Below are positions 18,025 to 25,934 of a stretch of DNA of 57,758 nt, in pieces. The notes under the pieces were generated by a model, which did not search any database, was not told the DNA's origin, and saw nothing but the letters and a program-made list of their open reading frames with translations. This DNA is from Candidatus Daviesbacteria bacterium RIFCSPLOWO2_01_FULL_37_10. Lineage in GTDB: Bacteria; Patescibacteriota; Microgenomatia; Daviesbacterales; UBA10151. The position numbers and the translations under genes were made by a program. Location: the NCBI GenBank assembly GCA_001776865.1, contig MFDK01000036.1, positions 3,942-61,699 on the forward strand. Reading direction: 5' to 3'. Each line of letters begins with the position of its first letter. The stretch's first letter is position 1.

Positions 18025-18315
18025 ATGTTCAAAGAAGAGCAACCATTTTTTATTGATCCATGGGGACATTTAGCTGACGAGATATTGCAACCAGAAATTA
18101 CTCAAGCGAGAATAAGTCAACTTAATAGGTTTCACCATTTTGAATCTGCAGCAACACTAGTTTTAACAGGAGCTTCAGTTTTAGGTTTTGTTACTAGCCA
18201 TCCTGAACTAGGAATGGCTGCAGCAACTGTTGCTATGGCTGGTGCAGTTTCATGGGCAGAAACTTCAAATGAAATATTACGACTCAGGATTGAAAATCCG
18301 CTACTCAATAACTAA
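18025..18315 (+). CDS. Small hypothetical membrane protein (96 aa)
   Basis: ORF with TTGCTT-17-TATAAT and the ATG 8 nt downstream. Two hydrophobic segments. Confidence 0.45.
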   Translation: MFKEEQPFFIDPWGHLADEILQPEITQARISQLNRFHHFESAATLVLTGASVLGFVTSHPELGMAAATVAMAGAVSWAETSNEILRLRIENPLLNN

Positions 18316-18374
18316 ATTCGTCTTTTCTTAATTTAAGTTTAATCAAATAAACATTAATCTGATATACTTTACGC

Positions 18375-19481
18375 ATGGAAGAAATTAAAACCCAGCTAAA
18401 TGAACTCAAAAATAGATTTCAGAAAATTTCCGAGGTCTTTGACCGGGAGGTTTTGCACGGGGAAATTCACGAACTTGAAGCTCAAACTATGAAAGAGGGT
18501 TTTTGGAATGATCAAAATCAAGCCCGCAAAGTTTCCCAGGATTTGGCTGATAAGCAAAAGCGTCTGGACATTCTGGAGAATCTGGAAAAACAAATCAGTG
18601 ATGCGATAGAGTTAGCTGATGAACAATCGAGCCTCCAAGGCGTCCCCCTGGAGGCACAAACCATGGAGGAAGAACTCCAGAAGGAAGCAAATCAGATTGA
18701 AACCTCATTAGAAGATTTTGAATTAAAAACTTTTCTTTCAGGATCATACGATAAATCTGATGCAATAGTTTCTATTCATTCAGGTACCGGTGGAACCGAA
18801 GCCATGGACTGGGCAGCCATGCTTGCCAGAATGTATCAAAGATATTTTGAAAGATCCAATATGAAATTTGAAGTTACTGATGAAGATTTAGGTGAAGAAG
18901 CTGGTTTCAAAACCTTTTCAATGATTGTTCACTCCCCCTACGCCTTTGGTTATCTAAAAGGAGAGGCCGGGACTCATCGGCTAGTTAGGCAATCACCTTT
19001 CAATGCTAATGATTTAAGGCAAACCTCATTTGCACTGGTTGAAGTTCTCCCGGTTATTGAGGAAAATGCAGAAATTGAGATTAAAGATGAAGATATTGAA
19101 TTTGATGCTTTTCGTTCAGGAGGCGCTGGTGGTCAAAATGTTAACAAAGTTTCAACCGCAGTTAGACTAAAACATATTCCCTCAAGCATTATAGTTACAT
19201 GCCAGACAGAGCGTTCTCAGCTTCAAAACCGGGAGTATGCTATGAAAATGCTGCGTGCCAGGCTATGGGAAAAACGAGAGTCCGAAAGAACCGAACAGAC
19301 TCAAAGTATGAAAGGTAACACTCAAGCTTCATGGGGAACTCAAATCAGATCATATATCCTTCATCCATACCATATGGTTAAAGATCTAAGAACTGAGGTA
19401 GAAACCTCAAACACTGATGCAGTACTGGACGGTGACTTAAATCAGTTTATTGACGCAGAAGTCCGCACATTAAACTCTTGA
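18375..19481 (+). CDS. prfB: Peptide chain release factor 2
   Basis: The SPF tripeptide (RQSPFNAN) and GGQ ([12 protein letters not shown]) are present. Single uninterrupted ORF ending in TGA. Confidence 0.95.
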   Translation: MEEIKTQLNELKNRFQKISEVFDREVLHGEIHELEAQTMKEGFWNDQNQARKVSQDLADKQKRLDILENLEKQISDAIELADEQSSLQGVPLEAQTMEEELQKEANQIETSLEDFELKTFLSGSYDKSDAIVSIHSGTGGTEAMDWAAMLARMYQRYFERSNMKFEVTDEDLGEEAGFKTFSMIVHSPYAFGYLKGEAGTHRLVRQSPFNANDLRQTSFALVEVLPVIEENAEIEIKDEDIEFDAFRSGGAGGQNVNKVSTAVRLKHIPSSIIVTCQTERSQLQNREYAMKMLRARLWEKRESERTEQTQSMKGNTQASWGTQIRSYILHPYHMVKDLRTEVETSNTDAVLDGDLNQFIDAEVRTLNS

Positions 19482-19548
19482 TTCTAAATACAATCAGTTT
19501 ACATAATTGTATCTAGTCACTTGCAAATTATTGTGTTATTATAAATAA

Positions 19549-19995
19549 ATGGAATCGGTCTCTGCCCATCCGTATCAAAAAATTGCCAAACCTCTCTTAA
19601 TGCAGTCTAATTTAAATAAAATTCTACTCATTGTACTCGCAGTCTCCGTACTTTCCGGAGTTGGTACAGGATACTTTCTTTCCAGTAAATCTCAAGTTGA
19701 GCTACAAAATATTCCTGTTATTGGAAAGGAAGTAAAAAATGCCTCTCAAGATACTAAGACTTTCAGGGATTTCGCAGAAGGGGTAATTAAACCAATTTCA
19801 GTTTCAAAAAACTCAAACGAGTATTCAGAAGGTACACATATCCTTGAAAGGGAAGGGGCATATCCTGTAACCTTAACTTCATCAGTTGTTGATCTAAGTT
19901 TATATGAAGGAAAAAAGGTAAAAGTTTTTGGAGAAACTCAAAAAGCTCTAAAAGCAGGTTGGCTTATGGATGTAGGGAAAGTGGAGGATGATTAA
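19549..19995 (+). CDS. Membrane-anchored hypothetical protein (148 aa)
   Basis: One N-terminal TM (ILLIVLAVSVLSGVGTGYFL). Overlaps the ftsE start by 8 nt. Confidence 0.5.
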   Translation: MESVSAHPYQKIAKPLLMQSNLNKILLIVLAVSVLSGVGTGYFLSSKSQVELQNIPVIGKEVKNASQDTKTFRDFAEGVIKPISVSKNSNEYSEGTHILEREGAYPVTLTSSVVDLSLYEGKKVKVFGETQKALKAGWLMDVGKVEDD

Positions 19996-20662
19996 ATTTG
20001 AAGCCGTTACAAAAAAATTCGGAAACTTACTTGCCCTTGATGATATCAACTTGGAAGTCAAACAGGGTGAGTTTGTATTTCTTGTAGGTCCCTCCGGCGC
20101 AGGCAAGTCAACACTGCTTCGAATTTTAACAAAAGAGGTATCACCTACTTCAGGAAAAGTATTTTTAAGTCACATTGATATCACTAAAATCCCGGATAGA
20201 GATGTTCCAAAATATAGAAGGAAAATAGGTTTTGTTTTTCAAGACTTTAAACTACTTGACGACAGAACTGTATTTGAGAATGTTGCTCTAACTTTGGAAG
20301 TTTTAGGAAGAAGCGAAGACGAAATTAAAAAAGGAGTTGAACACGTTTTAAAACTTGTAGAGATTTGGGATAAGAGGAATTTATTCCCGAAACAACTTTC
20401 AGGAGGAGAGGCACAAAGGACTGCAATCGCAAGAGCAATTGTTGGAAAGCCGGATATACTGCTTGCAGATGAACCAACAGGGGATCTGGACCCTAAAACT
20501 GCATGGGGGGTAATTCAACTCTTAAACGAAATCAATACATGGGGAACCACAATACTTATGGCAACTCATAACGCAGAGATAGTTAATACCCTGAAACGCC
20601 GTGTCATAATACTTAAAAACGGTAAAATAACAAAAGATTCAAAGGAAGGAAAGTATGAGTAG
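19988..20662 (+). CDS. ftsE: Cell-division ABC ATPase FtsE
   Basis: Walker A GPSGAGKST and signature LSGGEAQRTAIARAI. Followed by ftsX with an 8 nt overlap. Confidence 0.92.
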   Translation: MIKFEAVTKKFGNLLALDDINLEVKQGEFVFLVGPSGAGKSTLLRILTKEVSPTSGKVFLSHIDITKIPDRDVPKYRRKIGFVFQDFKLLDDRTVFENVALTLEVLGRSEDEIKKGVEHVLKLVEIWDKRNLFPKQLSGGEAQRTAIARAIVGKPDILLADEPTGDLDPKTAWGVIQLLNEINTWGTTILMATHNAEIVNTLKRRVIILKNGKITKDSKEGKYE

Positions 20663-21527
20663 AACTTTCGGGTTTGCTAAAAGAAATATAAGAAGGTCGC
20701 CTTTTCAAGCTATCGCAGCATCAATGGTAATGTTCCTGACCTTTTTTGCACTTCTTGTTTTTATGCTGCTTGCAACCGGATCACAAATGATCTTGAAATA
20801 TTACGAGAGTAAACCCCAGGTAATAGCATTTTTTAAAGACGGTACAACCCAGGCAGATGTTACCGCCATTCAAAATGCACTCTCCAGGGAAACCAAAGTT
20901 GTAGGAATAAAGTTTGTGTCTAAAGAAGACGCTCTAAAAATTTACAAAGAGAGGAATAAAAATGATCCTGCGTTGCTTGAGCTTGTTACGGCAAATATTC
21001 TACCCTCATCTCTTGAAATATCCACTCAAACCCCACAAGACCTACCTTCAATCGCGGAAATTTTGAAACAAGAACCTGTTATAGAAGAGGTCATTGTTCC
21101 TGAGGACGTTGTAGCAACTTTAACAAGCGCAACAAAAGTAATAAGAATCGTTGGAAGTGCAGTTGTTGGATTCTTAATTCTCTTTGCGATACTTGTAATA
21201 CTTATGGTAATTGGGTTTAAAATCAGGCTCCGGCGTGACGAAATAGAAATAATGAAACTTATAGGCGCATCTTCCTCCTTTATTAGAACTCCTTTTGTAC
21301 TTGAAGGTATTTTTTACGGACTTGTGGGGGCAGTTTCTTCCTGGATAGTAGTTTATATAATAATCTGGTACTTTACCCCATTTTGGCAGGGATATTTAAA
21401 TGAGGTAAAACTTTTACCTGTTAATCCGTTATTTATGTTAATTTTACTTTCTGCAGCAGCTATTGCTTCAATACTAATCGGTACTCTTGGATCAGTAGGC
21501 GCTGTTAGAAGATATCTTCGTATTTAA
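20655..21527 (+). CDS. ftsX: Cell-division permease-like protein FtsX
   Basis: TM1, an extracellular loop domain, then 3 C-terminal TMs (MKLIGASSSFIRTPF...). Canonical position after ftsE. Confidence 0.88.
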   Translation: MSRTFGFAKRNIRRSPFQAIAASMVMFLTFFALLVFMLLATGSQMILKYYESKPQVIAFFKDGTTQADVTAIQNALSRETKVVGIKFVSKEDALKIYKERNKNDPALLELVTANILPSSLEISTQTPQDLPSIAEILKQEPVIEEVIVPEDVVATLTSATKVIRIVGSAVVGFLILFAILVILMVIGFKIRLRRDEIEIMKLIGASSSFIRTPFVLEGIFYGLVGAVSSWIVVYIIIWYFTPFWQGYLNEVKLLPVNPLFMLILLSAAAIASILIGTLGSVGAVRRYLRI

Positions 21528-21528
21528 T

Positions 21529-22707
21529 ATGCCACAAAAGTTTATGGTTTATGGTTTATGGTTTATGGTTTTTTTGGGTTTTCTATTTTCTCCAATATAC
21601 CATTTACCATATACCATTGACCCCGTCTTTGCTCAATCTGCAGAAGAGCTTACCAGACAGCTTCAAGAAAAACAGGAAGAGATTACAAAACTTGAAGCCG
21701 AGCTTGATAGTTCCCGGAAACAGGAAAAGACCCTAAAACAACAACTGGATATTATCGACGGGCAAACAAAAGTAACTCAGTTAAAAATTGAAGAAACTAG
21801 TTTAAAAATAGAAAAGCTCAGAAGAGAAATCATAGATTTATCCGGCAGGATAGATAGAATTTCAACATCTGTTGACTCTTTAACGGAAATACTACTAGGA
21901 AGAATTATAAAAACTTACAAATATGGATCTGTTAATACTTTAGACCTGCTTTTTTCGTCAGAGGGATTATCAGAAGTACTCGCAAGGCTTAAATACATAC
22001 AAGTTGCACAGGCAAATGATAAAAAAGTTCTGTATCAACTCCAAGCAACAAAAGCTGCATACAATGACCAGAAACAGGATAAAGAAACTCGTCAGACACA
22101 AGCCGAAAAATTAAATGATGAGCTGGAAAATTATAAAATTCAGCTTGCAAAACAAAAAGGGGAGAAAGAAGAACTTTTGCGAGTCACGCAAAATGATGAG
22201 ATCAAATTCCAGGGGCTTATTGCTCAACTTAAAGCAGATGCGGATTCCATTTCAAGAGCAATCTCTAATGTCGGGCTAAAAATCGGACCTGTTTCTAAAG
22301 GGCAGGTTATCGGAGCAGAGGGATTAACTGGTTGTACATCAGGTCCGCACTTACATTTTGAAGTTTATGAAAATGCAAAAGTAGAAGGAGGGAGAGTAAG
22401 TGGTTCAAGAGTAAATCCGCACAACTACCTGGACAATGGAAGATTAGGCTCTCCTATGCAGGGGTATCCAGGAGGAACTCATATTAGTACAGAATACGGA
22501 GAAAAATATGCGCTTGGGTTTCATACGGGACTTGATATTTATGATAACCCTTCAGTCGGGACTCCAATCCTGGCAGCAGACTCAGGAGTAGCTTATGCAA
22601 TTGGAGATTCAGGCTGTAGAATATCCGGCTTTGACCACGGTCCTGCAAAAGGCATTGTCATAGATCATGGAAATGGTATTGTAACCCTCTATTGGCACTT
22701 ACTTTAA
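21529..22707 (+). CDS. Coiled-coil M23/LytM metallopeptidase (EnvC/PcsB-like FtsEX partner) with domain halves in swapped order
   Basis: Signal/TM, then ~200 aa of heptad-rich coiled coil. GQVIGAEGLTGCTSGPHLHFEV (the HxH half) follows, and GFHTGLDIY...GIVIDHGNGIVTLYWHLL (the HxxxD half) comes last, at the C-terminus. Confidence 0.85.
   Translation: MPQKFMVYGLWFMVFLGFLFSPIYHLPYTIDPVFAQSAEELTRQLQEKQEEITKLEAELDSSRKQEKTLKQQLDIIDGQTKVTQLKIEETSLKIEKLRREIIDLSGRIDRISTSVDSLTEILLGRIIKTYKYGSVNTLDLLFSSEGLSEVLARLKYIQVAQANDKKVLYQLQATKAAYNDQKQDKETRQTQAEKLNDELENYKIQLAKQKGEKEELLRVTQNDEIKFQGLIAQLKADADSISRAISNVGLKIGPVSKGQVIGAEGLTGCTSGPHLHFEVYENAKVEGGRVSGSRVNPHNYLDNGRLGSPMQGYPGGTHISTEYGEKYALGFHTGLDIYDNPSVGTPILAADSGVAYAIGDSGCRISGFDHGPAKGIVIDHGNGIVTLYWHLL
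21541..21561 (+). repeat. Heptanucleotide tandem repeat (TTTATGG)x3 at the 5' end of the M23 peptidase gene
   Basis: tttatggtttatggtttatgg places an ATG in each of the three frames (21544, 21551, 21558). Confidence 0.8.
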
Positions 22708-22772
22708 GGCTTTTTCATGTCTTGATTATTTGAGTACTTAGTATTATTATTCCTCTCACTGTCCGCATACTA

Positions 22773-23942
22773 GTGGAAAAGACTTTTAGGATAACCTTAT
22801 TAAATATTTTTTTTACAATTTTTTTTGTATTGCCAAAAAATATTTTTGCAATTTCTGCTCCAGATCTTTTAAGTCCAGCGGATAGTTCAACAGTAACTTC
22901 ATCTAAGCTTGAATGGCAAGCTCCATCATATGCTCTTTTTTCAAGCAGTCCATATCGTGTACAAGTTGATGATAATTCCGATTTCTCAAGTATTTACCGG
23001 GATTATTATACTAGCAATACACATTACACGCCTTCCTTAACAAATAGTACATGGTATTGGAAAGTAAAAGTAAAAGATTCCGCAGGAACCTGGAGTGACT
23101 GGAGTAGTATATGGTCTTTTACACTTTCCACATCCAATACACCATCCCCTACTACTACATTACCTGAGGAATCATATTCCACGCCTTATTCTACTCCACC
23201 TTCCACTGACAATAATCCAACTCCAACATCAACTTCTTCAAAATCCTCATTTACTATTTCAGGTGTTCCATCTACAATCGACTCAGATCAATCTTTTATT
23301 GTCTCTGTAGAACTTAATCTACCAAATAATCCATCTTCCACATTCTATTTAAAAGGGGCTTTTAAAAAAACTGGCGGAAGTAATTATTTTGGGTTTACAA
23401 AAGTTGGATCTTCATGGATAAAGAATGGAAACTCATACAGCAGTCAACTTCCTGTAACTACTGATTCGTCCGGAAACTGGTCAGGAACAATAGATGTAAA
23501 ATCGGATGGGAGCGATTCTGGTTTTACAGGCACTGGTGATTATATATTTAAAATTGGCCGGTATTCTTCTTCCGGTTCTGGACCAATATGGAGTAATGAA
23601 GAAACTTTAAATATTACTGGTGTTACATCTTCAAAAGAAACTTCAGACACAAATCAAGGATTAGAAACTTTTAGCATTCCACAAGGTGCAGTTGCAAAAG
23701 CTCCCTCAACTAAAAATTCTATTATTAGTACAAAAAGTAAGACCGCTGTTGCTGGAGTTAGTCTGGAATCCACTCCATCCAGCTCATCTCCAACACCACA
23801 AGATCAACTTTCAAAAGTTGACAGTGAGAAAAAATTTAATTTAAATTATATTCCAGTTATTGGGGGCACTGTATTAATTCTCTCCGGTTTTGGTTCTCTT
23901 ATTTACATATACCGCAAACAGAGATTACAATCAAAGTTGTGA
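22773..23942 (+). CDS. Secreted Ser/Thr/Pro-rich surface protein with C-terminal TM anchor
   Basis: N-terminal signal-like helix, a fibronectin-like WYWKV segment, long S/T/P tracts (STSNTPSPTTTLPEESYSTPYSTPPSTDNNPTPTSTSS) and C-terminal VIGGTVLILSGFGSLIYIY RKQR. GTG start. Confidence 0.6.
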   Translation: MEKTFRITLLNIFFTIFFVLPKNIFAISAPDLLSPADSSTVTSSKLEWQAPSYALFSSSPYRVQVDDNSDFSSIYRDYYTSNTHYTPSLTNSTWYWKVKVKDSAGTWSDWSSIWSFTLSTSNTPSPTTTLPEESYSTPYSTPPSTDNNPTPTSTSSKSSFTISGVPSTIDSDQSFIVSVELNLPNNPSSTFYLKGAFKKTGGSNYFGFTKVGSSWIKNGNSYSSQLPVTTDSSGNWSGTIDVKSDGSDSGFTGTGDYIFKIGRYSSSGSGPIWSNEETLNITGVTSSKETSDTNQGLETFSIPQGAVAKAPSTKNSIISTKSKTAVAGVSLESTPSSSSPTPQDQLSKVDSEKKFNLNYIPVIGGTVLILSGFGSLIYIYRKQRLQSKL

Positions 23943-24400
23943 AAACATACATTTCAAAATCTCCTGAAGAAACAAAAAAATTTGCCATGGATTTAGCTAA
24001 TAAATTCCCTAAGGGTGTTATCGCTTTATCAGGTGAATTGGGATCTGGTAAAACAACTTTTGTACAAGGATTTGCAGAAGGTTTAGGAATAAAAGAAAAA
24101 ATTATCTCCCCTACTTTTGTTTTAATCAGACAACACCCTATTCCAAAAACTAAAAAAAATCTGCCTGCCGGCAGGCAGGCACTTTTTCATATAGATCTTT
24201 ACAGGCTGGAATCAGTAGATGTAGAAATCCTCGGTATTGATGAAATTATCAGAAACCCAAACAATATAGTTTTAATCGAGTGGGCTGAAAAAATAAAACA
24301 TCTTTTACCGAAAAATACTTATTGGATATTACTGGAAGTTGTTGAGGATAATACACGAACCATTACTGAGGTAGTGCGATTCAATGATTCAAATCATTGA
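23939..24400 (+). CDS. tsaE: tRNA t6A37 biosynthesis ATPase TsaE (YjeE)
   Basis: GELGSGKTTFVQG, SPTFVLI and HIDLYRL motifs. The GTG start overlaps the upstream stop. Confidence 0.88.
   Translation: MKTYISKSPEETKKFAMDLANKFPKGVIALSGELGSGKTTFVQGFAEGLGIKEKIISPTFVLIRQHPIPKTKKNLPAGRQALFHIDLYRLESVDVEILGIDEIIRNPNNIVLIEWAEKIKHLLPKNTYWILLEVVEDNTRTITEVVRFNDSNH
24161..24178. repeat. Perfect GC-rich 18 bp palindrome CTGCCTGCCGGCAGGCAG inside tsaE
   Basis: Self-complementary. Flanked by an A-run upstream and gcacttttt downstream. Encodes LPAGRQA. Confidence 0.8.
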
Positions 24401-24403
24401 ATC
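24378..24403. terminator. Hairpin (11 bp stem, 4 nt loop) spanning the convergent stops of tsaE and the GT-C gene
   Basis: gattcaatgat-tcaa-atcattgaatc has perfectly complementary arms and lies between convergent genes. It is AT-rich with no clear U-tract, so terminator function is uncertain. Confidence 0.35.
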
Positions 24404-25934
24404 AAATCTCTTTCCTGATTTCTAGCTCGTTTGGTCCGATTTTTTCTGTTGAGATTAATTCCATTTTTTTAAATTCATTTTCCCAAAGATGCCTTCTTCC
24501 TTCCTGATCAGGCTGCTTTATTAAAAAGATAAAACCGGATGATTCAGGACTATTTCCAGTTTTCAATTTTTCTTTTCCGCTTATGTACTGAGGTTTATCC
24601 GGTGCATAAGAATAATCTTCCGGAACAAATCCGTATTTTTTAAGCCCGTGCCACCAAAATAGATACTGATAAGGATAATCATAAACCGATGGTAAATATG
24701 TATATACTTTAAAATTTTTCCCTTCCGCTTTTTGATAAACAAAATCTATTGAACTAATCTCATTCTTGAAATTTGCTGGATCATTACTAGGAACTTTTAG
24801 AGCGCTGAAATAGTTTTTAACATTAAGTAATGAAAAAATAAGTAAAGTTATAATTATCCCAAGTCCTGCAAATTTACCAGATTTACCATAATCAGCTAGA
24901 CTTTTAATTATAAATCCAGTAATGAATATCGACGCCACAACAACCGCATCAAAGTGCCATCTGTTTACATTGATAGGCAAAAGCACAAATCCTGTAAAAG
25001 AAATAGTAATTAGTAAAGTGTTTAAAAGAAATAATTGATCCATTTTCTTAATCCCTTGTTTCAACTGTATAAATAAGGCAGCAAAAAATAAGAGAAGCAA
25101 AGAGCTAGTAAATAATTTGAAATTCATAAATGTTGGCAAAAGAGTATCGTAATATGATAACGAAATTGTCCTTACCCTTTCCAGCAAATTATAACTCTGT
25201 CCCGAACTGGAAACTTTTGTAAGATAAGTCATTACAGACTTTGTCATAATAAAGTTATGTTTTATTTCAAAAAGAAGCTGAGGGAGAAGTAATAGAAAAT
25301 AAAATAAAAACCCAATCCAAAAAATTTTCTTATAAAGAAGTTTCCTGTTTATTAAATAGATCGATGTCAAAATTACAGGCGGAATAAAAATCCCTGCAGC
25401 CATCTCAAAGTGGAGGAATAAACCTGCCAGGAGCCAAAGAAAAATACTGACCACTAGCTCATTTTTTTCAAGATACCTTTCCAAAAGATAAATTAACACT
25501 GGAGTCAGGAAAATTACCGGATTCGGATTAAATGCATATTGGGAAGCAAGAAGGATAAAGTTGGACGCAACCCAGATGCATCCAACCATGGCAATCGACA
25601 ATATTCCCCATCTTGATACAAGCTTAAGTAAGAAGAACCCACCGACAGCCCAAAGAATAATTTCCATTAATATTGATGCATACGGATTTCCTCCAGAGAT
25701 AAAAAAAGGAATCCCTAAAAGATAATACCAAAAAGGACCATTATAAAATCCTTCAATTGCAGAGCTTGGACCAATAAGCCTTAGTTTTCCTAAAATTACC
25801 ATTTCTCTAACATCTACCATATCCCGGCTATTATCCATATTAAAAATAAAGTTGCCGTTACTGCTTAAAGTAAGCCTATAAATTACTCCCAATAAAATAA
25901 TTAATAGGATCAATATACCTTGTTTATTTTTCAT
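24402..25934 (-). CDS. GT-C-type polytopic membrane glycosyltransferase (paralogue subfamily)
   Basis: 510 aa with more than 10 TM helices. First loop NMDNSRD...LIGPSSAIEGFYNGPFWYY is aligned with the 998, 25934 and 32651 proteins. C-terminal soluble domain. Confidence 0.65.
   Translation of the reverse strand: MKNKQGILILLIILLGVIYRLTLSSNGNFIFNMDNSRDMVDVREMVILGKLRLIGPSSAIEGFYNGPFWYYLLGIPFFISGGNPYASILMEIILWAVGGFFLLKLVSRWGILSIAMVGCIWVASNFILLASQYAFNPNPVIFLTPVLIYLLERYLEKNELVVSIFLWLLAGLFLHFEMAAGIFIPPVILTSIYLINRKLLYKKIFWIGFLFYFLLLLPQLLFEIKHNFIMTKSVMTYLTKVSSSGQSYNLLERVRTISLSYYDTLLPTFMNFKLFTSSLLLLFFAALFIQLKQGIKKMDQLFLLNTLLITISFTGFVLLPINVNRWHFDAVVVASIFITGFIIKSLADYGKSGKFAGLGIIITLLIFSLLNVKNYFSALKVPSNDPANFKNEISSIDFVYQKAEGKNFKVYTYLPSVYDYPYQYLFWWHGLKKYGFVPEDYSYAPDKPQYISGKEKLKTGNSPESSGFIFLIKQPDQEGRRHLWENEFKKMELISTEKIGPNELEIRKEI

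Noticed and set aside
21551-21736. 61 aa alternative-frame ORF starting in the heptamer repeat
   Set aside because: It lies entirely inside the M23 peptidase gene in another frame. It exists only because the repeat supplies ATGs in all frames. It is mentioned under the repeat finding rather than as a gene.
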